Origin: Cyanobacteria bacterium auto_48_18
Lineage (GTDB): Bacteria; Cyanobacteriota; Vampirovibrionia; Obscuribacterales; Obscuribacteraceae
Reading direction: 5' to 3'
NCBI GenBank assembly: GCA_036170915.1
Contig: JAVHQC010000026.1
Span: 1 to 64,000 of the forward strand
DNA: 64,000 nucleotides
Positions 27,939-38,193 of this stretch are shown here, piece by piece. Made by a program: the position numbers and the translations under genes. Below the pieces are notes generated by a model. The model did no database searches. It had not been told where the DNA came from and was given only the letters and a program-made list of their open reading frames with translations. How positions within the stretch are numbered: position 1 is the first letter of the stretch; every line of letters starts with the position of its first letter.

Positions 27939-29059
27939 TTTGATTGCATGTCGGACGCTAAATCCAAACACTCTCTGGCAATCATAAGCTCTTCATCGGC
28001 CTTCACCACAAATACTGGATACTTCGACTGCGTCTGCGACACCTTTCGATTGCCGTCTTTAACTGCATTATTTGCTAGCACTACATCAACCAAATTTCCG
28101 TCTGGAAAGATTGCAGCCCGCGTTTCACCATCGTTAAAACCGATACCACCTGTAAATGCAATGGCGTCTAATCGCTTAAAGTTGGTCATCATGCCTGCGA
28201 TTTCTTTTGCAATAGATAAGCAATACATTTGATGGGCCAGCTTGGCTTTGAGATTGTTTTCCTTACAGGCGGCGAGAATCTCTTTCATATCTGAGGATAG
28301 CTCCGATACACCAAGCAGCCCAGATTCTTTGTTCAGTGCCTGTTCCATTTCTTCAAGCGAAAGCTTTTGTTTTAGTCCTAGATAACGAATGATGGCAGGA
28401 TCTATGGCACCAGACCTGGTGCTCATCATCACTCCGTCAAGCGGTGTAAAGCCCATTGATATATCAATGCTTTTGCCATTTTCGATGGCGCAAACAGAAG
28501 ATCCGCCGCCCAGATGGCAGCTGATTAAATTGAGCTGCGCCACATCTTTGCCTGAAAGCTCTGCCACTGTCTGCGCACAATACTGGTGCGAGATGCCGTG
28601 AAAGCCATATTTTCTGATTGCGTATTGATTCCATTTTGCCGGTAACGCATATCGATAGTGAGCTTCGTCCAAAGTGTGGTGAAAAGCGGTGTCAAATACT
28701 AAAAGTTGTTTTGCGTCCTTAAAAAGTTTGATGCTGGCGCGCACGCCTGCTAATGCCGGTGGATTATGCAGTGGTGCCAGCTCATTGAGCTCTTCTAAAT
28801 CGGCCAAAAACTTTTCATCTGCCAAAACTGTATTTTGAAATTTGGTGCCACCATGAACAATGCGGTGGCCCACTGCCGTAATTTGATCTGGGTCCACTGG
28901 GCTTTCATCAATCATTTTTGCAATTATAGATTCGCGTTCTTCGTTGCTTTTAATCGATGCCTGATTACGGTAAATCGATTCGAGCGTTTGGCCTTCACTT
29001 TTAAACAGCGCGATTTTTTCTGTTTGCGAACCAGAATTTAGAATCAGAAAAAAACTCAT
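27935..29059 (-). CDS. ackA: Acetate/propionate kinase
   Basis: LNSGS, GHRIVHGG, APLHN, FDTAFH, YGFHGISH, HLGGGSS, MGFTPLDG, FTGGIG, DEEL. Confidence 0.95.
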   Translation of the reverse strand: MSFFLILNSGSQTEKIALFKSEGQTLESIYRNQASIKSNEERESIIAKMIDESPVDPDQITAVGHRIVHGGTKFQNTVLADEKFLADLEELNELAPLHNPPALAGVRASIKLFKDAKQLLVFDTAFHHTLDEAHYRYALPAKWNQYAIRKYGFHGISHQYCAQTVAELSGKDVAQLNLISCHLGGGSSVCAIENGKSIDISMGFTPLDGVMMSTRSGAIDPAIIRYLGLKQKLSLEEMEQALNKESGLLGVSELSSDMKEILAACKENNLKAKLAHQMYCLSIAKEIAGMMTNFKRLDAIAFTGGIGFNDGETRAAIFPDGNLVDVVLANNAVKDGNRKVSQTQSKYPVFVVKADEELMIARECLDLASDMQSK

Positions 29060-29161
29060 ATAAATTCCGTCTGTTTAATTGAACTATTTGCCTTTGTCAT
29101 ACGTATTAGATAGAGGTGGCCGCTCGGGGGAGATGGTCACCACCCTTTAAATGAACCCATA

Positions 29162-30154
29162 TTAGGGTATCGAATCGCTGCTGAATTCTTGCACGCATAT
29201 GATTTTGTTCGGCATTACCACGGCCACACCGACTCCTACCACCTGGTGGTCAGGCCTGAGTATATTGCCGCGGTGGTTGTGCGGATTGTTGGCAGGTTCA
29301 GACATCATTTCAGCTTCAGCGCCCTTGACCATGTCACTCCAACTGAGAGGTCCTACGTGATAAGCGATATTTTCGAAGACATAGCAGTCGATGCCTGCCA
29401 GCCGAGCTCGGTCAGATGGTGATCGGCCGTTGGGGTCGGTGTGGTCGAAAAAGCCGCGGGTGGCCATGTCGTTAGCAAACTCACGGGCCACTTTGCTTAA
29501 GCGTGAGCTATGGCGCAATTGCGATTGTCCGTTTTTCTGCCTGTCGGCATTAATCAAATTGACCATGCCCGCTTCGAGGCTACTCAGGCCATCACCGTTC
29601 AGCGCCTCTTTTTTCGCAGTGCCCCTGGCATTGTAGTGGCTTGAATACATGCCGTTGCCTTCGTATCTAGAATTGGCGGTCACGTCCACAGTGCTGTTTA
29701 CTTTTGTCGCAGAGGCTTGCTCGCTCTGCTGATTATTTGTGTATGAGGCTTGCGGCTGCAGCAAAATAACTTTGCCTCCCACCTGCCGCGCCACTACAGC
29801 TTTAAGAGTGCCTGATTTCATGGCTCCGAGAATGCGGTCGGCATCAGGGGCGCTCGAAATCACCTTGCTGTTGATTGATAAAAGTACGTCTCCGGGTTGC
29901 AGTCTTAATGCGAGGCCAACGCCGTCGCCGGTCAATCCGGTTACATAAGTGCCTTTTGGCCGGGCCCCGTTCACAGTGGCACAGGCTGGCACGCCCCAAA
30001 TTTTCAAAGTGTCTGAAGTCTGCTGCGTCTGAGACAGGCTATAGACCCAATGCTTAGCGGCAGGAGCAGCGCTGGCGGTTGGTAAACCAGCCATTGCTGA
30101 GTTCAAGCAAAGTGAGGCTGTGAGGCAGAAGCCGATTTTCAAGATTGAGTGCAT
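29162..30154 (-). CDS. Secreted PDZ-like + CAP/SCP domain protein
   Basis: Signal peptide; LQPGDVLLSIN; INADR..A..DMATRGFFDH..ENIA..HRGNIL..VGVG. Confidence 0.85.
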   Translation of the reverse strand: MHSILKIGFCLTASLCLNSAMAGLPTASAAPAAKHWVYSLSQTQQTSDTLKIWGVPACATVNGARPKGTYVTGLTGDGVGLALRLQPGDVLLSINSKVISSAPDADRILGAMKSGTLKAVVARQVGGKVILLQPQASYTNNQQSEQASATKVNSTVDVTANSRYEGNGMYSSHYNARGTAKKEALNGDGLSSLEAGMVNLINADRQKNGQSQLRHSSRLSKVAREFANDMATRGFFDHTDPNGRSPSDRARLAGIDCYVFENIAYHVGPLSWSDMVKGAEAEMMSEPANNPHNHRGNILRPDHQVVGVGVAVVMPNKIICVQEFSSDSIP

Positions 30155-30307
30155 ATTTGCTAATTGTCCCCTATTTGCTTATGCCCGGCCTGGCATTTTT
30201 GCAGTTGAAAAGAAGCGATCTGTTGCATCAACCTTGAGATTTCGCCGCTTGACATAATCTCCGTTTTACAATTAGACAGCTATTTCAGACAGGTAGGCAG
30301 TGAAATT

Positions 30308-31885
30308 ATGGACACCAGCGTTAAAGATATGGACGTTAAGGAAGGCAAAGCAGTGACTGGCAAAAGTGAGCAATTAACCGCCGCCATTGAGCGTATCAGA
30401 AAAGGTGGGGCGCCAAAATATCATCAGAAACTCAAAGAAGACAAAAAGCTCTTTGTGCGCGATCGTCTGCGCTTGCTACTTGACCCTGGTTTTGAAATTG
30501 AAGACGCACGCTTTGCCAACAATCGCGAAGCTGATTTGCCGGCTGATGGAGTGGTAACTGGTGTCGGTCAAATTGAAGGCAAAACTGTTTGCTTCATGGC
30601 TAACGACTCTACAGTTAAAGCTGGTTCATGGGGCTGGCGCACAGTAGAAAAAATTATTCGCATTCAAGAGACTGCCGGCAAACTGAAAGTGCCCATGCTT
30701 TACCTGGTCGACTCGGCCGGTGCTCGTATTACCGATCAAATTGAAATGTTTCCTGGCCGCCGCGGCGCCGGAAAAATATTCCACAACCAGGTGGCAATGT
30801 CTGGTTACGTTCCGCAAATTTGTCTGCTCTTTGGACCGTCTGCTGCCGGCGGTGCGTACATTCCAGCATTTTGCGACATTGTAATTATGAATGATGGCAA
30901 CGCTTCTATGTATCTAGGTTCACCTCGCATGGCCGAAATGGTGATTGGCGAAAAAGTGACTTTAGAAGAAATGGGTGGTGCCAAAATGCACTGCTCAGTT
31001 AGCGGATGCGGCGATGTTTTGGTGAAATCAGAAGAAGAAGCGATTCAACTTTGCAAAGACTATTTGCGTTTCATGCCTGTTAATTGCGATCAGAAAGTGC
31101 CTGCGCTTCCTGCAATAGATCCAAAAACATTTGAGAAGAATATTGAGCAAGTCATTCCTGAAAAGGAAAACATTCCTTTCGATATGCACACTGTTATCGA
31201 ACGTTTGATTGATGCTGACTCGTTCTTTGAAATCAAGAAATTGTTTGCACCTGAAATCATCACCGGGTTCGGTCGCATTGGTGGACGCGCTGTGGGCATC
31301 GTTGCTAACCAACCCAAAGTCAAAGGTGGTGCGCTCTTCGTTGACTCTGCCGATAAAGCTTCGAGATTTGTTTGGCTTTGCGATGCTTTCAATATTCCAC
31401 TTCTATTCCTGGCAGATGTGCCTGGCTTTATGATCGGATCGAAAGTTGAGCGTGATGGTATCATCCGCGCTGGCGCCAAAATGGTTGGAGCTGTGTCGGC
31501 TGCGACAGTGCCGAAGATCTCCGTAGTAGTAAGAAAAGCTTACGGTGCTGGTCTTTATGCAATGTGCGGTCCGGCCTTTGATCCAGATGCATGCCTGGCC
31601 TTGCCTACTGCCTGGATTGCCGTCATGGGTCCTGAAGCTGCGGTAAACGCGGTTTACTTCAATAAGATTCAAGAGCAACCGGAAGCCGAGCGCGCTGCCT
31701 TTGTTGAGAATTTGCGCAATGAATATCGTCAGGATGTAGACATCTACAAACTGGCAGCTGAAATGGTTGTTGATGATATTGTGCAACCACTGGCTTTGCG
31801 TAGTGAGCTGATTGCACGCTTCAACGCTTATTCATCGAAGCAAACCACTGTGTTTCAGAAAAAACGCAGCGTGTTGCCTGTTTAA
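30308..31885 (+). CDS. Acyl-CoA carboxylase carboxyltransferase (beta) subunit
   Basis: ADGVVTG, VDSAGARI, AGGAY, DVPGFMIG, RKAYGAG. Confidence 0.94.
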   Translation: MDTSVKDMDVKEGKAVTGKSEQLTAAIERIRKGGAPKYHQKLKEDKKLFVRDRLRLLLDPGFEIEDARFANNREADLPADGVVTGVGQIEGKTVCFMANDSTVKAGSWGWRTVEKIIRIQETAGKLKVPMLYLVDSAGARITDQIEMFPGRRGAGKIFHNQVAMSGYVPQICLLFGPSAAGGAYIPAFCDIVIMNDGNASMYLGSPRMAEMVIGEKVTLEEMGGAKMHCSVSGCGDVLVKSEEEAIQLCKDYLRFMPVNCDQKVPALPAIDPKTFEKNIEQVIPEKENIPFDMHTVIERLIDADSFFEIKKLFAPEIITGFGRIGGRAVGIVANQPKVKGGALFVDSADKASRFVWLCDAFNIPLLFLADVPGFMIGSKVERDGIIRAGAKMVGAVSAATVPKISVVVRKAYGAGLYAMCGPAFDPDACLALPTAWIAVMGPEAAVNAVYFNKIQEQPEAERAAFVENLRNEYRQDVDIYKLAAEMVVDDIVQPLALRSELIARFNAYSSKQTTVFQKKRSVLPV

Positions 31886-31905
31886 TATTGGGCTAGAATG
31901 AAAAC

Positions 31906-32808
31906 GTGGAGCAATTCACGTTTTCGTTTGGTTCGATAATGAATAAACCTGATTGGAAACCGCCGGAGCAAAAAGTCTCGCACAAGCTCGTGGGCGAGTC
32001 GCAAGACGAGCAGGCATCAGCCACGGATTCTGCTTTTGCATCGCCCATCGAGATAATCGCCAGTGACTACTGGCAGAAGAATCTAACTGAAACTGCCGAG
32101 CCTCTAGCTAAGGAGACTCAGCTAGGATTTATCCACAGGCACGAGCGCGATTTATTCTGGTTAGCCGTGATCGTATGTTTGCAGTTTATAGGTAGCTGGT
32201 TTGCCGGTACTCATGGATATTTTGAATTTTCGTCCGTTGCGCTCAAGCAATTTTTTTCTATGCTCAGCCTTGCGTTTCCCATTTTGGCGGCACTGCTTCT
32301 AACCAGGCCAGCTTGGTCCAAAGATAAAGGGCTTATTGCAGTGATTGCCCTCATCACGTTGCTGTTCTTCCCGCCTTTTTTTGTCACGAATACTTTTATA
32401 GTGCTGTTTTGCTGCTGGACAAAGTCGGCGAGAAAAATTGCCTCGGTTGCACTTGTAATTATTTTTGTAAGTGCCTGGTACTGGAGGTTCGAGCCTGTTG
32501 ATTCAGCTGCGGTCGGCTATAAACTGAGTACCAGCAAACACAATCTAAGTTTTGATAGTCGGCCTATCGTGTCGATGTTCGGTCCACCGATTGAATTGAG
32601 TCTGGTAGAAAAAATGCCTGTGACACCATTTCTATACTTTGTCAAAGTTCATTGGCTCACCAATATCTACCCTTGGGATATTCCCCGAATTGTGCCAATC
32701 GACGGAGATCACGTCTACGTTTTAATCGAGGCCCCACCGCACTACACCCGCTCTTTTGTTGATCTTTCTCGGGTCAACAAGACAATACCTAAAGAAACAA
32801 ATCGATGA
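31906..32808 (+). CDS. Hypothetical membrane protein (paralog 1)
   Basis: About four TM segments; ER.LFWL..W..THGYFEF motif shared with the next gene. Confidence 0.65.
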   Translation: MEQFTFSFGSIMNKPDWKPPEQKVSHKLVGESQDEQASATDSAFASPIEIIASDYWQKNLTETAEPLAKETQLGFIHRHERDLFWLAVIVCLQFIGSWFAGTHGYFEFSSVALKQFFSMLSLAFPILAALLLTRPAWSKDKGLIAVIALITLLFFPPFFVTNTFIVLFCCWTKSARKIASVALVIIFVSAWYWRFEPVDSAAVGYKLSTSKHNLSFDSRPIVSMFGPPIELSLVEKMPVTPFLYFVKVHWLTNIYPWDIPRIVPIDGDHVYVLIEAPPHYTRSFVDLSRVNKTIPKETNR

Positions 32809-33566
32809 TCGGCGTACGGCTAATCAGGCCTTATAATGGTCTGATGGAGAATCAATCGCCGGTACTCAAATTTCTGCTACTCAACGAGCGCAATCTCTTT
32901 TGGCTTTTTGCAGCATCCGCTTTGATTTTCATCGCTAACTGGTTTTTGGCCACCCATGGCTATTTCGAGTTTGAAAACGAAAGGCTGCGACAGTTGCTCA
33001 TGGCCGTTAGCATGTTTTCACCCATAATCGGCATTTTAGTGCTGCTTTCTGATGATTGCCAGAACGGCACGCCCATTCTCGCAGGTCTTGTATTCGCTTC
33101 ATTGTTGCTATTGTGGCCCACAGCTACAATCACTTGCTTTATTGTCATGCTCTTCTGTTGGACGAAGACAACCCGCATAATTGGCGTTATCATGCTGGTT
33201 TTCGTGCAGGCACTATCAGGCATATTGTTTGTCACTACCAATAAGCAGACTGAAACTCTAGAGTTGTTCAAATTGCCCATGGCTCATCATGAGCTTGTTT
33301 TGCGTGGAGTGACCGATGATGGCAATTATTGCTCAAGTCTTGCTCTGCAAGAAGACTATCCGGTGGCGAAGGGCATTCGCTTGGTCAAGACTTTTTACCG
33401 ACTGAAAGACGATGATTATGCTTACAAGCACGATATCTTTAGTTTGAGCCCGGTTGATGATAACCATGCGGCGCTAGTCGTACAACACGGTCCACGCTCG
33501 CAGCGAGTGGTGGTTGACTTAACCATTAAGAACCGTTGGTCTGAAGTGGACGAGAACACTTATTAG
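32805..33566 (+). CDS. Hypothetical membrane protein (paralog 2)
   Basis: ERNLFWL..WFLATHGYFEF..FCWTK shared with the previous gene. Confidence 0.65.
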   Translation: MIGVRLIRPYNGLMENQSPVLKFLLLNERNLFWLFAASALIFIANWFLATHGYFEFENERLRQLLMAVSMFSPIIGILVLLSDDCQNGTPILAGLVFASLLLLWPTATITCFIVMLFCWTKTTRIIGVIMLVFVQALSGILFVTTNKQTETLELFKLPMAHHELVLRGVTDDGNYCSSLALQEDYPVAKGIRLVKTFYRLKDDDYAYKHDIFSLSPVDDNHAALVVQHGPRSQRVVVDLTIKNRWSEVDENTY

Positions 33567-33582
33567 ATAAGGTCCATAATCT

Positions 33583-35049
33583 TCATTCGGAGATGTAGCG
33601 GTTGGAACGAGCGTCATAACCGGCGTAGCTATCGCATTTCCCATCTAAAAATTCTCGAAGTGAGCCATGTCTTTCTGGCTCAACTTTAAACATATCTATA
33701 TCTCTTACATGCGGTGTGCCAAGCGATATTCTACTCTCCGGCTGCTTTTCAATTTTGGCCCGATCTTTGACAATTTCTTGCAAATAACTTTGAAAGAGTG
33801 GTGCCAGCTCATTCATTGGCTTTTCAAAGGCGGCCTCCACAAAAGTTTTAAAGCCTTTTTTGTCTCCGCTTTTCACCAGAGTCAAATACACTTTCAATTT
33901 GCCATAACGGTTGAGAAATAGTGCCACCAGCCGCTGACGATCTTGATTGAAAGGATCGGCATGTTTAGCCTTGCCAACGATGTCCGCTAATTTAAAAGTG
34001 CCGGCGTTTTCTTTAATTGCTTTGGGATACCAGTTCTCTGGAAATCCGACTTCAATGCTAAATTGCGGCTGCAGCTTGCCGTAAACTTTTTCGAAATACG
34101 CAGGTATGCCTTCTTCAGCCCAAAATTCCAGATGCTTCTCACCCTCTAAAATTTTGTGCATAATCTCGTGTAATAGAGTGCCGGTGCCAGTGCCGTCGAA
34201 TGTCACCAGCACATTACGACTGCTGATATAGACCCCTTGAACATGCATGTTGAAATTCATGTGATTGCGAAGAAAGGCTTGTTCAGCGGCTTTATCATGC
34301 AGAATAAAAATACTGACCGGATAATTTCCCTCAACAGAATACAAATTATCGTTGACATAATTGATGAAGCCTTCAGCAATGGTGGCATAACGCTCGAGAG
34401 CGTCTTTCTTGATATCCGATATGAGCACACAGTGCGGAGTGGCAATGAAGCTGGTCATACCAGCGGTAATTTTATCGCGCCGTGTAATCTCAGCTTTGGC
34501 TGTAGCACCGCTTGCGGTTGCATCAAGTGCATCCAGTAGTGTCGCGTCACCGTCAACTGCCCGCAGACCACTGGTGAATTCCAAAAGTTCTTTTTTACGC
34601 TGCAGTTCAATAAGTGCTTGACCGATTGTCTTTATTTGAGCCGCATCGGTCGTCTTAAATTCAACAGCTAACTTTGCGGCATGCAAAAAAGACTCAGCAC
34701 AGTCGTCCCCAAGGCGGGCCTGGCAAATGCCTTTATGTACGAGAGCATCAATATTAGTTCCGCTGCTGCCCATAGACAGCGCCTTGTTATAGTCGGCGAT
34801 AGCATTGCGGTAATCGCAAATTGACCAGTATGTATTGCCTCTCCATAAATATAGATTGGCATCATTGTCTATGGGCTGATCTTTGAGTTTCTGATTGATT
34901 TCATCAAATGCCTGACTAAATTGCTTTTTCGCCAGCAATTGAGAAAAGCGTTCTGCATTGGCGTCGTTTTCTGCCCAGGCATTATTGCAAGTAACTATCA
35001 GCAAAGCACAGAAGGCTACAAAAGCAAATGCTCTGCTCGACCGCCCCAT
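33583..35049 (-). CDS. Secreted TPR + HExxH zinc-peptidase-like protein
   Basis: Signal peptide, TPRs, TLLHEIMH...WAEEGIPAYFE gluzincin pattern. Confidence 0.75.
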   Translation of the reverse strand: MGRSSRAFAFVAFCALLIVTCNNAWAENDANAERFSQLLAKKQFSQAFDEINQKLKDQPIDNDANLYLWRGNTYWSICDYRNAIADYNKALSMGSSGTNIDALVHKGICQARLGDDCAESFLHAAKLAVEFKTTDAAQIKTIGQALIELQRKKELLEFTSGLRAVDGDATLLDALDATASGATAKAEITRRDKITAGMTSFIATPHCVLISDIKKDALERYATIAEGFINYVNDNLYSVEGNYPVSIFILHDKAAEQAFLRNHMNFNMHVQGVYISSRNVLVTFDGTGTGTLLHEIMHKILEGEKHLEFWAEEGIPAYFEKVYGKLQPQFSIEVGFPENWYPKAIKENAGTFKLADIVGKAKHADPFNQDRQRLVALFLNRYGKLKVYLTLVKSGDKKGFKTFVEAAFEKPMNELAPLFQSYLQEIVKDRAKIEKQPESRISLGTPHVRDIDMFKVEPERHGSLREFLDGKCDSYAGYDARSNRYISE

Positions 35050-35050
35050 G

Positions 35051-36841
35051 CTAAGAAACAGGACGCTCAAACTGCGCCTTAATCAGCCTGGCGTATGATG
35101 CGTCGCTGGTCATCAACATGTCGTGGGTACCACTCTCGATGATTTGTCCGTGCTCTAATACGAGAATTTGGTCTGCGTGCCTGACGGTAGAAAGGCGGTG
35201 CGCAATCACAATAACTGTGCGGCCTTGCATCAAGTCGTTCAACGCTTCTTGCACGTACGCTTCAGACTCGTTGTCTAATGAGCTTGTGGCTTCATCTAAA
35301 ATCAACACCGGCGCGTTCTTCAAAAATGCCCTGGCAATTGCCAGCCGCTGTTGTTGTCCGCCTGAAAGTCTAACTCCTCGTTCACCAATTTTGGTGTCGT
35401 ATTTGTCTGGCAGTTCCGTAATAAAGTCGTGGCAGTAGGCTGATTTTGCAGCGCTGATTATGTCTTCCATTGAAGCATTGGTGCGGCCCAGCAAGATGTT
35501 CTCGGCCACAGTGGTATTGAAGAGAAAATTGTCTTGAGTTACCACTGCTATTTCAGATCGCAGTGAAGTCATGTCGATTTCTTTGACATTGATGCCATCG
35601 ATAAGGATACTACCGGCGGTGACGTCAAAAAAGCGCGGCACCAGATTGGCCATGGTTGATTTGCCCGAACCTGATAAACCTACAAGCGCCACCAGCTTAC
35701 CTGGAGCGATGTCTATATTGATGTCGCGCAGCACCATGTTTTCATGGGCAGGATAGTGAAAATAGACTCCTTCGAATTTGATGCGGTGTGGGCCAGAGTT
35801 TAGTGTGAGCGGCTTCTCGCTGTTGCGAATATCCGGCATCTGGTCCATCACTTCAAAAATTCTAAAGGCGGCCGCCATAGCCGGTTGAAGCATGCCATTG
35901 ACTCTGCCGATATTTTTCACCGGCGAATATAGAAGCACTAGCGAGACAATAAACGATGTTAGTGCCCCTGGGGTCATCTCGTGCTTAATCAGCATAGAAC
36001 CGGCCACCCATATAACACAAGCAATGCCGCTGGCACTGATGAGAGCGAGAATGGGTGAGAGAATTGCCTCAGCCATCACTGCTTTTATGGTGTTGTGGAA
36101 GAAACCGTTGTTAGTATCAACAAAGCGTTTGACTTGATAATTTTCCAGATTGAACGATTGGACCACCTTGGCCCCTTGAATCGATTCTGAAATTACTGAG
36201 ACCAGGTCACCGATGGCTTCCTGCCCACGTCTTGATGATTTGCGAATTTTTCGGCTAAGTATAGAGACAGGTATAACAATCAAAGAAATAATCGTCAGGG
36301 CGATAATTGCCAGCCAGAAAGCTTGCAACATAATCACTAGTGAAAGCGAAATCACAGTGATCACACGGCTAATTAATGACTGAAATGTTTGTGAAATTGC
36401 ATGTTCGACAATGGCTACATCATTAATCAATCGACCGATTAAGATGCCCGAAGACTGGCCCTGGAAGTACATCAGTGGTTGCTTTTGCAAATGCTCAAAC
36501 ATTTTATTGCGCATGTCGCGAATGGCAGCGGCACCGACATACTTGATTGTATAAGTCTCAATGAAACCAAAAAATCCCTGAAGAACTGCGATCACGAGCA
36601 CCAGGGGTGGTACCCAGTAAATCATCTCCAGGTGGCCTTCGGCGATAATTTTCTGCAAGCCGGCACCGGCCAACCAGGCGATGGCAGCGTCCATACTGCC
36701 TGATGGAACTGCGGCTATGGCGCCGATAACAAACATGAGCGTATAGGGCTTAATGTAACTGAGCAAACGCAAGTAGGTCTGAAACTGCGTGCTCGAAGCT
36801 AATTTATCTGAGGTTTGTTCAGATAGTTCAGAGCCGCTCAT
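35051..36841 (-). CDS. msbA: MsbA-like lipid A ABC exporter
   Basis: TMD + NBD (GLSGSGKS, LSGGQQQR, LDEATS, AHRLST); directly after lpxB. Confidence 0.85.
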   Translation of the reverse strand: MSGSELSEQTSDKLASSTQFQTYLRLLSYIKPYTLMFVIGAIAAVPSGSMDAAIAWLAGAGLQKIIAEGHLEMIYWVPPLVLVIAVLQGFFGFIETYTIKYVGAAAIRDMRNKMFEHLQKQPLMYFQGQSSGILIGRLINDVAIVEHAISQTFQSLISRVITVISLSLVIMLQAFWLAIIALTIISLIVIPVSILSRKIRKSSRRGQEAIGDLVSVISESIQGAKVVQSFNLENYQVKRFVDTNNGFFHNTIKAVMAEAILSPILALISASGIACVIWVAGSMLIKHEMTPGALTSFIVSLVLLYSPVKNIGRVNGMLQPAMAAAFRIFEVMDQMPDIRNSEKPLTLNSGPHRIKFEGVYFHYPAHENMVLRDINIDIAPGKLVALVGLSGSGKSTMANLVPRFFDVTAGSILIDGINVKEIDMTSLRSEIAVVTQDNFLFNTTVAENILLGRTNASMEDIISAAKSAYCHDFITELPDKYDTKIGERGVRLSGGQQQRLAIARAFLKNAPVLILDEATSSLDNESEAYVQEALNDLMQGRTVIVIAHRLSTVRHADQILVLEHGQIIESGTHDMLMTSDASYARLIKAQFERPVS

Positions 36842-38193
36842 TTTCTACTTACCACTGCTAAGAGTTCCTGGCTGCAATTTTCCACAAAATCACCCTGACC
36901 GAGTTCCTGACGCAGCGTGAGCAACTCTGATGCGATTTCCTCTCTCAATGCAGGCACATCGAGAAGGTCGAGGCTATATTTTACGAGCATTTCACCCCGG
37001 CAATCCAGTTGAATTAATTCAGGAACCAGCTGGTGACCCGCCAAAAGGTTCGGCCAGCCGAAATTTTTGACGCTTTTAAATACCATTACAAGTAAGTAAG
37101 AAAACAAATTGCCGCGGTAAAAGATGATCATGGGTTTGCCGAACAGGGCTGTTTCAAGAGTGGTGGTGCCGCTTTTTGCCCAAATTAAATCGCAATTCTT
37201 CATTAGTTCAAAGTTGTGTGCCGAATCCACAAGAGTTAGCCCGTGGCCTATCAAAGGCTCAAGGTGAGTGCTTTTAAGGCAATCGTCAACGTAGCTTGAA
37301 ACTTTAGTTGTGGCTTTGGAGAGCACAAATTGAATATTGGGCCGGACACTGAGAATTTTCTTGAGTGCGTCGGCCACAACGGGCATGTGAGCCAGTATTT
37401 CTTGTTTTCGACTGCCGGGCATAATGAGGATAATAGGACGACCTGCATCGAGATTCAGTGTTTGGCAAAGGTCATCGCGATTTATTACGGTGGCCAAATC
37501 TGGCAGGGCTCTCAGAAGCGGATTACCGACAAAGCGCGCATTGACGTTTTTGTCGAGATAGACACCTTCTTCAAAAGGAAAGATGGTGAAAATTTTGCTC
37601 ACTGCGCGGCGCAGCACATTGATGCGCCATGGCCTTGAGCCCCAGACCTGAGGCGAGATGAAATAGTAAATGGGAATGGCTCTGGTTGTCTTTCGCGCAC
37701 CCTGCCATTTCAAATAATTGAAGCCAATCGCTCTTACCAGATCGGCAAAGCGATTTTGCACAAACTCGACTGGCCAGAGAAGATATTCAAATAGAGTAAG
37801 ATTTTTGCCTTGGCTATTAGCTTCCACAGGCGGCATAATCGCCCGGGCGGATGTGGCGAAACCCACGTTAAAGCCGCCGAAATCTACGAGCAAAATGGCA
37901 TCTGGTTGCCTTTCAATCATATTTACCAGAAGTGTCCAGTGCATCTTGGTAAAGAACCAGATATAGCTGAGCACTTCAAATATTCCCAAAACCCCAAATT
38001 CAGCACTATTGAAAAGCAGCTCCATGCCTGCCTTTTCCATCTCGGGGCCGCCGACTCCCCAGATGTGCAGATCTGGATCTTGTTCTTTCAGTTGTTTGAT
38101 GATTTTCGAAACGTGCTTTTCGCCGGAATGATCACCAGAGACGATCATGAGAGAACGACCCTTAGCTGCAGGTCGATCACCGTCCTCGGTCAC
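36838..38193 (-). CDS. lpxB: Lipid-A-disaccharide synthase
   Basis: SGDHSG, DFGGFN, YFISPQVW, FPFE, FVGNP, PGSRKQE, SGTTTLE, PN..PELIQ. Confidence 0.92.
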   Translation of the reverse strand: MTEDGDRPAAKGRSLMIVSGDHSGEKHVSKIIKQLKEQDPDLHIWGVGGPEMEKAGMELLFNSAEFGVLGIFEVLSYIWFFTKMHWTLLVNMIERQPDAILLVDFGGFNVGFATSARAIMPPVEANSQGKNLTLFEYLLWPVEFVQNRFADLVRAIGFNYLKWQGARKTTRAIPIYYFISPQVWGSRPWRINVLRRAVSKIFTIFPFEEGVYLDKNVNARFVGNPLLRALPDLATVINRDDLCQTLNLDAGRPIILIMPGSRKQEILAHMPVVADALKKILSVRPNIQFVLSKATTKVSSYVDDCLKSTHLEPLIGHGLTLVDSAHNFELMKNCDLIWAKSGTTTLETALFGKPMIIFYRGNLFSYLLVMVFKSVKNFGWPNLLAGHQLVPELIQLDCRGEMLVKYSLDLLDVPALREEIASELLTLRQELGQGDFVENCSQELLAVVSRK

